Assembly (NCBI GenBank): GCA_947084985.1
Contig: CAMTUI010000005.1
Coordinates: 2,358 to 66,357 of the forward strand
Direction of reading: 5' to 3'
From: Methanobacteriota archaeon
GTDB taxonomy: Archaea > Thermoplasmatota > Thermoplasmata > RBG-16-68-12
Length of the DNA: 64,000 nt
The position numbers and the translations under genes are program-made. Numbering within the stretch: position 1 is the first letter of the stretch; each line of letters starts with the position of its first letter. Under the pieces are notes generated by a model. It did not search any database. It was not told the origin of the DNA and was given only the letters and a program-made list of their open reading frames with translations. Below, in pieces: positions 31,538 through 45,263 of this stretch.

Positions 31538-31882
31538 GTGATGGCCTCTGAGGAGATGCAAGTCCGCATCACAGAGAGTGCGGTGCGGCGCATCCGCTTC
31601 TTGCGGCAAAAGGAGAACAAGCCCGAGGGCGCGTTACGCCTGCGGATCATCGCGGGCGGTTGCAGCGGAATGCAGTACCGGATGGACATGGCCGACGCCG
31701 CGCGGTCCACGGACGTGATCGTGTCGGAAGCGGACGTCAAGGTGTTCGTCGACCCGAAGAGCCTAACGTACCTGAATGGGTCCAAGCTTGACTGGGAAGA
31801 GGACCTACTCGGCGGCCAATTCAAGATCACGAACCCGAACGCGAAGCACTCGTGTTCCTGCGGCCTGAGCTTCACGATCTGA
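31538..31882 (+). CDS. A-type Fe-S carrier (IscA/SufA/HesB)
   Basis: GGCSG and NPNA..SCSCG.SF. Confidence 0.93.
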   Translation: MMASEEMQVRITESAVRRIRFLRQKENKPEGALRLRIIAGGCSGMQYRMDMADAARSTDVIVSEADVKVFVDPKSLTYLNGSKLDWEEDLLGGQFKITNPNAKHSCSCGLSFTI

Positions 31883-31916
31883 TCTCCATCGCCTGGCGCA
31901 ATCGCCGGACGCGGAT

Positions 31917-33080
31917 TCACAGGGCGCTCGCGAGCATCTCCGCCAGGTCGACGATGCTCAGCGTCATGTTGCGCTTCTTCGTGATTCCTTCGAAATGCAG
32001 CTCGGCGTGGGGACACGTCGTCACGAGGCTCGTCGCCCCGGTCTCCTCCGCCGCATCGAGGCGACGCTGGGCGACGCCATTCGCCTGCTCCGGATACACC
32101 GCGGGGAACCCGCCACCCGCGCCACTGCACAAGCCGTCCTCGTGGTGCGGCAGGATCTCGAGGACCTTCAGGTCCTTGATGAACCTAAGGGCCTGGCGAG
32201 GCGGCTCGTAGACGTTCGAGACGCGGGACATGTGGCACGCGTCGTGGAAGGCGACCTTCTGCGGCAGCGGCTTCGTGAACGCGATCCGCTTCTCGCGGAT
32301 CAGCTTCTCCACGTAGTGGGAGATGTGGAACACGCTGTACGGCGGGTTGCCGCCCCATTGCTTGTAGTCCCGGGCGAACGCGCGATAGCACTCCGCGCAC
32401 GCGGTGACGAGGACCTTCGCACCCGTCTCCTCGACCGCGCGGACGTTGTGCGGCATGAGCTCCTTCTTCGTGACCTCCTGGTAGCCCATCCGGGCGAGGG
32501 GGGCGCCCGTGCACCATTCCTCTAGTCCGAGGACCCTGTACGACACCTTGGCCGCATTGAGGATCTTCACGACCGCGCGGGCGATCTGCTGTTTTTTGTA
32601 GCTCGCGGCACAGCCTACCCAGTACACGACCTCCGGTCGTTCGGACTGCACGGCCTCGGGAGGCAGCCACGCGGCTCGCTTGTCCGTGGGCTCGCCGTAG
32701 ATGTTGTGCGTCTCGCGAACGTTCTCAAGGAACGGCTCGAGCTGCGGCCGTGCCATCCCGGAGTTCACCATCCACTCCTTCACGTCGTCCCACAGGTTGT
32801 CGAACGGGATGTCGACCGGGCAGATCTCCGCGCACGCGCCGCACCCGGTGCACTCCCACGCGTTCTTCGCGAAGTCCTCGCCAGGCTTCACCTGGCGGCG
32901 GAGGAAGAAGTCCAACGGACCCCGCATCTCGTATTGGCGCAGGGCGAACACCCGGCCGCGGGGCGACGCGCTCTCCCAACCCGCCTCCTGGTACGCCGGG
33001 CAGACGGAAACGCAGTAGCCGCACATCGTGCACGCGTGGATATCTTCCTGAATCGGGGGCATCTTCGCGAGCCGGGGCAT
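31917..33080 (-). CDS. Fe-S oxidoreductase with CCG domains (HdrD/GlcF-like)
   Basis: Two CxxCxxCxxxCP motifs plus two cysteine-rich CCG-like domains. Confidence 0.85.
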   Translation of the reverse strand: MPRLAKMPPIQEDIHACTMCGYCVSVCPAYQEAGWESASPRGRVFALRQYEMRGPLDFFLRRQVKPGEDFAKNAWECTGCGACAEICPVDIPFDNLWDDVKEWMVNSGMARPQLEPFLENVRETHNIYGEPTDKRAAWLPPEAVQSERPEVVYWVGCAASYKKQQIARAVVKILNAAKVSYRVLGLEEWCTGAPLARMGYQEVTKKELMPHNVRAVEETGAKVLVTACAECYRAFARDYKQWGGNPPYSVFHISHYVEKLIREKRIAFTKPLPQKVAFHDACHMSRVSNVYEPPRQALRFIKDLKVLEILPHHEDGLCSGAGGGFPAVYPEQANGVAQRRLDAAEETGATSLVTTCPHAELHFEGITKKRNMTLSIVDLAEMLASAL

Positions 33081-33096
33081 GGGATCAACAACCTGG

Positions 33097-33615
33097 TCAG
33101 GTGCGGAGTTCCGCGAGCTGCTTGTCCGCGTCCGCGGCCTGCTTCTCTTCCTCTCGAGCCAGCTCGTCGAGAACGGCCTTCGCGCGGCCCTGAACGTGAG
33201 CGGCGGCATCCCGGAACACGGCAGCCGACTTGCGGCCCGTATCCGAGGCAATCTCCCAGGCCTTCGAGAGGGCGATCTCCTTCTCGAACGCGTATCTGGC
33301 GGCGCCGCATTTCGGGCACTGGTTCGGCAGCGACTTCGCGTCCGCCGTGTACCCGCACACGTAACAGTCGGCCTTCGCGACCGCGTCAAGCGGGAAGATC
33401 CCGGGCCATCTCGCCGCGTCCTTCACGCCCGCCGGGGCGATCGGCTCGAGCTTCGCGAGCTGCGACCGCTTGACGCGCCCGAGCTCCTCAAAGGCGACCT
33501 TCACCCGGACCTCCGCGACGACGGCGTTCGCGAGGTCGTAGAACGTCAGGCCCTCGAGCACGGTCCCGATGGCCCGCGCGAGGGCATCCGGCTCGCTCCC
33601 GCGCCTCGAGGTCAT
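33097..33615 (-). CDS. Ferritin/rubrerythrin-like protein with internal rubredoxin-like motif
   Basis: Helical bundle with CYVCGY...CPKCGA. Confidence 0.65.
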   Translation of the reverse strand: MTSRRGSEPDALARAIGTVLEGLTFYDLANAVVAEVRVKVAFEELGRVKRSQLAKLEPIAPAGVKDAARWPGIFPLDAVAKADCYVCGYTADAKSLPNQCPKCGAARYAFEKEIALSKAWEIASDTGRKSAAVFRDAAAHVQGRAKAVLDELAREEEKQAADADKQLAELRT

Positions 33616-33710
33616 GGTCTACGGCCACCCCAGAACCCTACGGGATGCAGGAAGCGGTGGAAAGGATATCAACATTTGCTACTCGCCGCGGAGCGTTCAC
33701 CGGGAGGAAA

Positions 33711-34019
33711 TCAGATGCCCCAGCCGAACTGCTTCTTCGCGGTCTCGGCCATCATCTCGGGGGACCACGGCGGATCCCAGACGATCTCGACCTGCGCCTC
33801 CTTGATCCCCGGGAGCTGCTCGAGCTTCCGCTTCACGTCCTGATGGATGTAGGCACTCGCCGGGCATCCCGGCGCGGTGAGCGTCATGCGGACGGCGACC
33901 TTCGATTCCTCCGGTTTCAGGTCGATGTTGTAGACGAGGCCGAGATCGTAGATGTTGATCGGGATCTCCGGGTCGTAGCACTTCTTGAGGACGGAGACCA
34001 CCTCTTCCTTCGTTGCCAT
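33711..34019 (-). CDS. SufT/MIP18 (DUF59) Fe-S maturation factor
   Basis: DPEI.INIYDLGLVY, MTLT.PGCP, WDPPW. Confidence 0.92.
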   Translation of the reverse strand: MATKEEVVSVLKKCYDPEIPINIYDLGLVYNIDLKPEESKVAVRMTLTAPGCPASAYIHQDVKRKLEQLPGIKEAQVEIVWDPPWSPEMMAETAKKQFGWGI

Positions 34020-34056
34020 GTTCGCGCCTCGTTGTTCCTACGGAAACGGCTGCATA

Positions 34057-34539
34057 TTAATGTTCCGCTTCCGCGCGAAGGGCCTTTCGGCCCGCGAAGC
34101 CTCCCTCGAGGGTGTGCCACCAACCCACCCGCTCCTCGCCTCGCTGCCAGCAAAGGTAGGCGATCTCGCCGTCGACACGCGCGGGGAAGTCGATGAGGCC
34201 GCGTTGGAGATCCTTCAATTCGCAGCCGAGGGACCGCACCTCGTCGATGTCCCCCTGCACGGACCGCTCGAGGTCCGCCTGCTCCTGCAGCATGCCGGAG
34301 TACCTCTCGCGGTCGTCCGCGGGAGCCGAGGCGAGGCCGTCGCCCCAGTACGCCTCCGCGTCCTCGACGAGTTCCTTCAGCTCGCGCAACCGGGCGAGCT
34401 TCGGGTCGAGCCGCCGGAAGACCTCATCGAGTAGCGGGACGAGGGCGTTCGCCTCGTCGACCGTGAACAAGCGCACCGGCGCGTCCGGGTGCATCCGGAG
34501 ATCCGTGGGACCACCCATCGCAATCCTCGAGGCGTTCAT
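34057..34539 (-). CDS. DUF2203 family protein
   Basis: FT.DEANAL, KD...GLIDFP, YLCW..GE...WH....GFAGR. Confidence 0.88.
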   Translation of the reverse strand: MNASRIAMGGPTDLRMHPDAPVRLFTVDEANALVPLLDEVFRRLDPKLARLRELKELVEDAEAYWGDGLASAPADDRERYSGMLQEQADLERSVQGDIDEVRSLGCELKDLQRGLIDFPARVDGEIAYLCWQRGEERVGWWHTLEGGFAGRKALRAEAEH

Positions 34540-34554
34540 CGCGGGCGTGGCACT

Positions 34555-35538
34555 TTACCCTTTCCCCGACGTTAGGTGGTGGGCTTCGCGAACCGCGCGT
34601 GCCGCGGTCACCATGTTCCGGAGCTTCGCCTGGGCTTCCTCCACCGTGCGGGTCTTGAGGCCGCAGTCCGGGTCGATGTACAGCTGGTCCGGCCGGAAGA
34701 TCGTCAGGGCCTTCTCGATCCGCTCGCGGATCAGGTCGACCGGCTCGACGACGTGGCTATGGACGTCAATCACGCCGAACGCGATCTCCTTCTTCAGCGG
34801 TTCCCGCTTGAACCGATCCAAGAGGTCCAGGCCGGAGTTCGACATCTCGAGGTCGAGCTGGTCCACGGGGAGCTTGTTAAAGTACTCGAAGATCTCATTG
34901 TAGTTCCCGTAGCAGGTGTGGAGAATCGTCTTCGTGCCGAGGCCCTGCGTGACGATCCCGACGGCCTTCACGAGGAGCGGAAGCTCGTCGAATCGCGTCG
35001 AGAGGGCCGGCTCGTCGACCTGGATGATCTTCGCCCCCGCGTCTCGCAGGGCGACTGCCTCCTGATGCAGGAGCCGGGCGAACGCGAGACACGCCTCCTC
35101 CCGGGAGCCGTAGTACTCGTCGAAGGACCAGTCCATCATCGTGTACGGACCTGTGATCATCCCCTTGATCGGCTTCTTCGTGAGCTTCTGCGCGAACCGG
35201 AACCAGTCCACGCTGATCGGACCGCGCAGGCGCAGCTCGTCCGTGATAATCGGCTTCTTGTAATATCGATTCCCGTACGACCGGACAAGACCCGAAATCA
35301 AGGTCCCTTCGATGTTCTCCGCGAAGTACGTGGCCATGTCTCCTCGGTACTGCTCCCCGTCCACGGGGATGTCGATTCCGATCTCCTCCTGGAAGCGGAT
35401 CCATTCGGCGGTCGCCTTCTCCTCGAGGGCATGTAGTTCCTTCGCAGACAGGTCGCCCTTCGCGGCCTTCGCGCGCGCACGGATCAGGTATTCGGGCTTG
35501 GGGAACGAGCCGACGCTCGTCGTGAGGAGCGCGCTCAC
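34555..35538 (-). CDS. metE: Methionine synthase, MetE catalytic (C-terminal-like) subunit
   Basis: VGSFPKP, DGEQ.R.DM..YF, HTCYG, DPDCGLKT zinc ligands. Confidence 0.9.
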   Translation of the reverse strand: MSALLTTSVGSFPKPEYLIRARAKAAKGDLSAKELHALEEKATAEWIRFQEEIGIDIPVDGEQYRGDMATYFAENIEGTLISGLVRSYGNRYYKKPIITDELRLRGPISVDWFRFAQKLTKKPIKGMITGPYTMMDWSFDEYYGSREEACLAFARLLHQEAVALRDAGAKIIQVDEPALSTRFDELPLLVKAVGIVTQGLGTKTILHTCYGNYNEIFEYFNKLPVDQLDLEMSNSGLDLLDRFKREPLKKEIAFGVIDVHSHVVEPVDLIRERIEKALTIFRPDQLYIDPDCGLKTRTVEEAQAKLRNMVTAARAVREAHHLTSGKG

Positions 35539-36512
35539 GCGGCCACCCCCGCGTGCCTCGCCGCCGCGACCAGGATGCGGAGCTTTTCCCGCGCCTTGTC
35601 ACGTGGGAGGAATTCGAGGCCGTTCGACGGCGAGAGGTACGAGGATGCGAGATCGACCTTGCCCTTGAGCGTGAGGACCTGCTTCGCGACGGCCCGCGGG
35701 TCCTCGGGCTTCGTGTTCCTCGCGTCGATTAGACCGAGGACGAGCGGCTTCTCCGATCCGGACTTCGAGAGGAGGCCCCACGTCTTCGCCCCCTGAACCA
35801 GGTCCAGTCCGAGGAGATCCGCGGGCGCGGCCTGGAGCTCCTTGAAGATCTTCGTGACTTCACCGAAGTATGTGAACAGAGTGAGCGTTGCGGCTCCCTT
35901 GCGGGATGCGATCGTGTCGAGCCCTTCAAGGGCGAGCGACACATCCCTCGGATAGAGCGTCAGCGCAGGCTCGTCGATCTGCACGTGCGTAGCCCCCGCG
36001 GCCACCAAGGCGGCGACTTCCTCCGCTAGGGCGGAAGCAAGGTCCTTCACGAACGGCCCCTTCTTGCCGTAGTGCTTGTCCACGGCGAGCGTCGAGAGGG
36101 TCAAGGGGCCCGTGAGGACCGCCTTCACAGGCGCACGGGAGTTCGCCTGGGCGAACTTCCACTCGTCCACGAGGATCGGCTGCGTCCATCGAACGGGACC
36201 CCGGACGATCGGCTGCCGATAGTACGTGTTCGTATCGAAGTAGCGGACCAGACCATTGATCTCCACGGACGCGAGCTTCCGCGCGATGTGGCTTTGGCTG
36301 TCGTACCAGGTGACCTGCCCATCCGCGACCACGTCTATGCCGGCCTCGTTCTGCTCCCGGAGGGCCGCCCTGACGACCTCCCGCTCCGCCTCCTGCAACT
36401 GCGATTCGCCGACCTCGCCTTTGTCAAAGCGCGCGATCGCTCGGCGAAGGGACTGTTCCTCGACGGAATCACCGATGCGGGGATAGTTGCCAACGACCGC
36501 GGTGCGGACCAT
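35535..36512 (-). CDS. MetE N-terminal-like subunit
   Basis: VGNYPR, RYFDTNTYYRQP, TGP.TL, SPSNGLEFLP; lacks zinc ligands. Confidence 0.82.
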   Translation of the reverse strand: MVRTAVVGNYPRIGDSVEEQSLRRAIARFDKGEVGESQLQEAEREVVRAALREQNEAGIDVVADGQVTWYDSQSHIARKLASVEINGLVRYFDTNTYYRQPIVRGPVRWTQPILVDEWKFAQANSRAPVKAVLTGPLTLSTLAVDKHYGKKGPFVKDLASALAEEVAALVAAGATHVQIDEPALTLYPRDVSLALEGLDTIASRKGAATLTLFTYFGEVTKIFKELQAAPADLLGLDLVQGAKTWGLLSKSGSEKPLVLGLIDARNTKPEDPRAVAKQVLTLKGKVDLASSYLSPSNGLEFLPRDKAREKLRILVAAARHAGVAA

Positions 36513-36610
36513 GCCTGAGCCTCCAGGTGGTAGGACAGTCGTAGATAATGGGAATAGGATAAAAGGCTTACAATTCCGATGCGAATAATCCGGCGACTCG
36601 CGCCAAACGC

Positions 36611-37468
36611 TTACTTCTCGACCTGTTCCTCGAGGAGCTTGACCTCACCCTGCAGGCTGATGTGGTAGAAGTCTTGCATGTCCTTGTGCCCAATCTCCTC
36701 CATGTGGAGACAATCGACCGGGCAGACGTCCACGCACTGCTGGCAGCCGATGCACTTCGCGTAGTCGAACTCCGGAATGACAATCGGCTTGCCCTTCCGA
36801 TCGTTCGGGCCGTCGAGCATGTCGATGCACCGCGTCGGGCACTCGCGCTCGCACTTGCGGCAGCCGATGCACACATCCACCTCGAGGATGGGGTGCTCGC
36901 CGATGCGGTTGATCAGGACGATCTCCTTGTCCGAATTCTCCTTGGGCATCCGGAGCTCATCCGCGCGGTAGTAGAGATCCTCCCGCGCGTAGTCGGCGAG
37001 CTCGAACTCCTGCGTGAAGTTCCATGCGTCGGTCGGGCAGTACTCCATGCAGTTGCCGCAGAAGAGGCAATGGCCGATGTCGACAGCGGGTCGCCGGACG
37101 ATCTTCTTCATCTCATCGAGCATCGCCCGGCTCGGGTGGAGGTATTCTGACGTCGGCTCGACCTCGTAGAATTCGAAGTAGATACACTCGTTCGGACAGA
37201 CCTTCGCGCACAGCTCGCAGCCAATGCACTTGAACCAGTCAATGCTGTGCTGTCCCCGGAACGCGACGGGCAGCTCGACCTTCTGGTACGGATAGAGGTG
37301 GGTCACGGGCTTGCGGCCGCCCGGGATCACGCGGCTCAGGCCGGGCATCGTGACGAGCGCCTGCTTGATCGTCGCGATCATCGGGCGGATCATGCCGCCG
37401 ATCGTGCCGACCTTCTTGCGGGAGCGCGGCTCAGCTTCGGACTTGGGGGACTTCATACGTGTACTCAC
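36611..37468 (-). CDS. NuoI-like protein with an additional 2x[4Fe-4S] domain
   Basis: VT..YP, FRG.H, four CxxCxxCxxxCP motifs. Confidence 0.82.
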   Translation of the reverse strand: MSTRMKSPKSEAEPRSRKKVGTIGGMIRPMIATIKQALVTMPGLSRVIPGGRKPVTHLYPYQKVELPVAFRGQHSIDWFKCIGCELCAKVCPNECIYFEFYEVEPTSEYLHPSRAMLDEMKKIVRRPAVDIGHCLFCGNCMEYCPTDAWNFTQEFELADYAREDLYYRADELRMPKENSDKEIVLINRIGEHPILEVDVCIGCRKCERECPTRCIDMLDGPNDRKGKPIVIPEFDYAKCIGCQQCVDVCPVDCLHMEEIGHKDMQDFYHISLQGEVKLLEEQVEK

Positions 37469-38096
37469 CCTTCTGCATGTCCATCAGCTGGCCCTCGCGG
37501 GCGCTCACGAGGCGGCCCTTCTTCGTCCGCACCCAGCCGCTCCGTTCCGCCTTGATCTTCGCGCTGAGCTTCAGGAACCCGTCGATCAGGGCCTCGGGCC
37601 GCACCGGGCAGCCGGGGATGAAGATGTCCGTCGGGACGAACGTGTAGCTGCCCTTTACGATGCTGTACGAATCGTAGTACGGCCCGCCGCAGATTGTGCA
37701 CTCGCCCATCGCGATGACCCACTTCGGCTCCGCCATCTGCTCGTACAGCCGGCGGACCACGGGGCGGAGCTTGAGGGAGATCGGGCCGTTCAGAAGGAGG
37801 ACGTCGCATTGCCGCGGCGAGGACCGGTAGATCACGCCGAACCGCTCCGCATCGTACCGCGGATCCGACGTCGCGGCCATCTCGATCGCGCAGCACATGA
37901 TCCCGAAGTGCAGCGGCCAGGTCGAGTTGCGCTTCGCCCAGTTGAAGAACTCGCCCACGAGGCCTTCCTTGAGCCGCTCGATTAGGGCGCCGCCGGGGCC
38001 GCGCTTCAGTGGTGCGTCGATGTTCTCCGTGACCCACTTCACGAAGTCCTTGGACCGGAGTCCGACGATGTTCGCCTGCTCCGCGGGCTGGATCAT
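37431..38096 (-). CDS. nuoB: NADH-quinone oxidoreductase subunit B-like
   Basis: CCAIEM, SPRQ.D, QMAEPKWVIAMG.C, IPGCP.RPEA. Confidence 0.92.
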   Translation of the reverse strand: MIQPAEQANIVGLRSKDFVKWVTENIDAPLKRGPGGALIERLKEGLVGEFFNWAKRNSTWPLHFGIMCCAIEMAATSDPRYDAERFGVIYRSSPRQCDVLLLNGPISLKLRPVVRRLYEQMAEPKWVIAMGECTICGGPYYDSYSIVKGSYTFVPTDIFIPGCPVRPEALIDGFLKLSAKIKAERSGWVRTKKGRLVSAREGQLMDMQKGEYTYEVPQVRS

Positions 38097-38267
38097 GTGC
38101 TCACCGGAATGCTCCGCTCGGCCGTCCGTCGCGTCCGGGTCGCGCCAATGGCCGGGTCGTTCTTAACCCTTCCTTCCTGGCTGTGCGATCCCTCACGAGG
38201 ATGGCTATCGAATGCCTCGATTGAAACGTAATTCGGAGTCGGCTTAAACGTTTGGGTGTTCGCGCGA

Positions 38268-39872
38268 TCACATCGGGCTTCGGGATTCGAGGCCGGCCCA
38301 CGTGGACCACCACGGCTCCGACGAGAAGAGGACGCCGGGATTCAGCAGTCCATCCGGGTCGAGCGCGTCCTTGATCCGGCGCATCAGGGCGTAGATTTCG
38401 GCGCCCCAAATCCGCGACAGCACATCCGCGCGGATTCGGCCGATTCCGTGCTCGCCCGACAGAACCCCGTGAAAGCGGGAGAGGACCGCGTCATCGAATT
38501 CCGCGCGCAGCGCGAGCATGCGTTCGAAGTCCTCCGGATCCGTGGGGTCGAAGAACGGGCGGAAATGTGTGTTGCCGTCCCCGATGTGTCCGTAGATCCC
38601 CGCCTCCGTGCCGTGTCGGCGAGCGAGGTCCGCGAGGAAGGCGATGAACTCCGGAACACGCTCCCGGGGGACGACCGGGTCCTCGACGAACCCCCAGGCC
38701 TTCCTCCGTCCCGGACGCTGGATGATCTTCGGGAGGACGGACCGGCGCACCTTCCAGAGGGCCTCCTGCCGACCAGGGTCGCTCGCGAGCTCGATCGGTC
38801 GGCTGACGGCGTACTTCGGACCGATCTCGTCTGTAACCGTGCGGGCGATTCCTTCGAGATCGCCTTCGTCGAATTCGACGAGCAGCATCGCCTGCGCGGA
38901 GGTCGGGATGCCGAGACCCTCTCGGTCCAAGAGATCGAGGGAGCGCCCGTCCATCCCTTCAATCGCGCTCGGACGGAGCAGGAGGATGTCCGCCGCAAGG
39001 GGACCGAGGTCCTCGAACCGATCGAGATACACGAGGAGTGTCATGCGACGCGAAGGGATCGGCAGGATGCATAGCGTCGCCTCCGTGACGATTCCCAGGG
39101 TCCCCTCGCTGCCAACGAAGAGGGACGCGAGCGGGAAGATGCCTTTCTCGAGGGTATCCGCGATGAATCCGACGTCATAGCCGCAGGAAGACTTCCGGAC
39201 GGGACGACGCATCGCGCGGATCCCCTCACGGTGGGCCTCGATATCCTTGCGGATGGATTCGAACGCGGGGACGCGTTCCACGAGGTCCTTCCATTCCGGA
39301 CCATCGACGCGGACGTCGCACGCCTCGACGACGGTCCCGTCCACGAGAGCGACCCGAAGCCCACGGACGTGATCCCGAGTCTGTCCGTACTTCACGGTGC
39401 GGTATCCGGAGGCGTTGTGGCCCACCATGCCACCGATGCGGCAGAGATCATAGCTCCCGGGATCCGGCGCGAAGCGCCCGCCGTGGTCGGCGAGGTGCAT
39501 GTTGAGCTCCGCGAGGAGGATCCCCGGTTCAACTCGGACAATGCCCCGTCCCGCGTCGACCTCGCGGATCCGATTAAGGCGCGATGTGTCAAGGACGATC
39601 CCAGGTCCAATCGCAGCGCCGGAAAGGGACGTCCCGGCGGCCCGGGGCGTCACCGGAACCCCGAACTCCCGGCACACACGAAGCGTCGCGATGATATCCT
39701 CTTCCGATTGCGCGAAGACAACGGCGCGCGGATCGACCACGCAGGGGCTGGCGTCCGTCGCATAGACGTGGCGGGTGTCTGCGTCCGTCCGGACCCAATC
39801 GGCTCCGAGCGCGTCTTCGAGCGCCCGCAGGAGTGCGCCGTCATCTGCGGGACCCGTACGAGGCAGGGCCAT
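38268..39872 (-). CDS. FAD-binding oxidoreductase (GlcD/D-lactate dehydrogenase family)
   Basis: AAGTSLSG, PDP, GSEGTLG, GHIGDGN.H, GEHGIG, DP..LNPG. Confidence 0.9.
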   Translation of the reverse strand: MALPRTGPADDGALLRALEDALGADWVRTDADTRHVYATDASPCVVDPRAVVFAQSEEDIIATLRVCREFGVPVTPRAAGTSLSGAAIGPGIVLDTSRLNRIREVDAGRGIVRVEPGILLAELNMHLADHGGRFAPDPGSYDLCRIGGMVGHNASGYRTVKYGQTRDHVRGLRVALVDGTVVEACDVRVDGPEWKDLVERVPAFESIRKDIEAHREGIRAMRRPVRKSSCGYDVGFIADTLEKGIFPLASLFVGSEGTLGIVTEATLCILPIPSRRMTLLVYLDRFEDLGPLAADILLLRPSAIEGMDGRSLDLLDREGLGIPTSAQAMLLVEFDEGDLEGIARTVTDEIGPKYAVSRPIELASDPGRQEALWKVRRSVLPKIIQRPGRRKAWGFVEDPVVPRERVPEFIAFLADLARRHGTEAGIYGHIGDGNTHFRPFFDPTDPEDFERMLALRAEFDDAVLSRFHGVLSGEHGIGRIRADVLSRIWGAEIYALMRRIKDALDPDGLLNPGVLFSSEPWWSTWAGLESRSPM

Positions 39873-39977
39873 GGGGAGACACGGCACAATGGTCGCCACC
39901 GTATTCCCGCTTTCGGCCGGTTGTGTCACTCGGCCGGGTAACAACGTTTATGGCAAGCTCCGCCTTCGACGGCACAC

Positions 39978-43747
<3,770 letters not shown>

Positions 43748-43960
43748 AGAACCACGCCGCCCTCAGGCCTCAAGGCACGGGGCCTTTTGGGCATTTAGCA
43801 ATTCCGCGGTGCCGCGGAGGCAGTAGCCGGCCAAGTGTTCGGCCGGAAGGCGCGCGGAACTGCGAATCCTCGACGATTGTCCGGCCACGGGGATGGGACA
43901 CAACGGCACCTTATCAAACCTTTCGTCCGAATTCAGCGATGGCGGATGGTCGCGCGTCGA

Positions 43961-44944
43961 TCACGGCGAGGGCGGCGACGTGTTAAGCTTCGGCGCGCGA
44001 CCTCGTGGCAGGACAAGCCGTTGCACGAACTCGTCCATGAACTGGAAACGGTTGCGGAGAGTCACCTCGCTCACGCCCGCGATTTTCGCGATCGCCTTCT
44101 GAGGCCGTCGCTCGCCGCAGGAAAGAGACGCCAGGTAGATCGCCGCCGCGGCCGTTCCCGCGGGTGACAGGGACATCGAGCTGTCAATCTTCTCGAGTTC
44201 CTTCAGGATCTTCAGGGACTCCGACTCGACGGTCGTGCTCAGCCCTAGGCGGGAGCAGAATCGACTCACATAGTCCGTCGGCCGGGACGGCGGGACGCGC
44301 AGGATGAGGGTCCGCAGGAGGGCCCCGTACGCCTTCCCGATCGTCTTCTTGCGCACGCCGGTGACCTGCTGCAACTCATCGAGCGTGCGCGGGACGCCGT
44401 CGATGCGGCAGGCGGCGTACACGGCGGCCGCGACAATCGCCTCGATCGATCGGCCCCGGACAAGGCCCTTTTCGAGGGCCTTCTTGCAAATGAACCCCGC
44501 TTCATCCTTGACGGGTTTCGGCAGGCCCATCAACGATGCAACGCGATCCAGGGCGCGGATCGTTTCCGGCAGGCTCCGCTCCCCAGGGCGGGAATGGCCA
44601 GAGTGACGCTGGAGTTTCCTCATGCGGTAGAACTTTTCTCGCTCCCTTAGCGGAATTGTGTTTCCGCGGGCGTCCTTGTTCGCGAGGGGGATGACCGTCG
44701 TCAGGCCGGACGACCCGGCCACGTAGCTTCTAGGCGCTCCCGTCCGGGCGAGCCGGTCGTTCTCTTCGATGGAATACGCGGACCACTCCGGTCCCTCGTC
44801 GATTGCGCTCTCGCTCACGACGAGACCGCATGAATCGCAGACGAGTTCGCCGCGTGCGTAGTCCCGGACAAGGTGCTCGCTAGCGCACTCCGGACACACG
44901 CGGTCCTCTTCGACAATCGATTCGACTGGCGCACTGGTGGGCAT
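43961..44944 (-). CDS. tfb: Transcription initiation factor B (TFB)
   Basis: CPEC...C..CG zinc ribbon, D.GPEW, GRS.E, PRTL.E, GVSEVTLRNR. Confidence 0.92.
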   Translation of the reverse strand: MPTSAPVESIVEEDRVCPECASEHLVRDYARGELVCDSCGLVVSESAIDEGPEWSAYSIEENDRLARTGAPRSYVAGSSGLTTVIPLANKDARGNTIPLREREKFYRMRKLQRHSGHSRPGERSLPETIRALDRVASLMGLPKPVKDEAGFICKKALEKGLVRGRSIEAIVAAAVYAACRIDGVPRTLDELQQVTGVRKKTIGKAYGALLRTLILRVPPSRPTDYVSRFCSRLGLSTTVESESLKILKELEKIDSSMSLSPAGTAAAAIYLASLSCGERRPQKAIAKIAGVSEVTLRNRFQFMDEFVQRLVLPRGRAPKLNTSPPSP

Positions 44945-44987
44945 GGGCCTCCTCTGCTCGCCTTCCCCGTCGGTTCGACCCACCTAA

Positions 44988-45002
44988 TATAACGGCATTA
45001 TA
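44988..45002. promoter_or_regulatory. Operator TATAAC-GGC-ATTATA upstream of tfb
   Basis: 11/12 consensus match within TAATATAA-N5-TTATATTA (44985-45005). Confidence 0.6.
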
Positions 45003-45263
45003 TTATACCTTGTCATCGCAATCAGTGACAGCTTGCGCCCGCCTTCCGCCGATGGAGGTGGGAAGGCCTGTCAGGTCGAGAACCGTCCTAGTCGCGAGTG
45101 ACGGCGTGGAGCCGGTGGAAATGCGAGGGACGAGGGGGTCTCGGGAACGGCAAGGAGCGTCGCGGCGCAGAGTCATCGCGCTGGAATCCGCGGGGGTCCT
45201 CATACATACCGCACATTGGCAAAGATTATACCCCGCGCACCATGTCATCGCCCGGCGCTTACC

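Noticed and set aside
39936-39951. GGTAAC-AAC-GTTTAT upstream of trmB as another operator copy
   Set aside because: Only the AAC-N3-GTT core matches; explained by a TATA box alone
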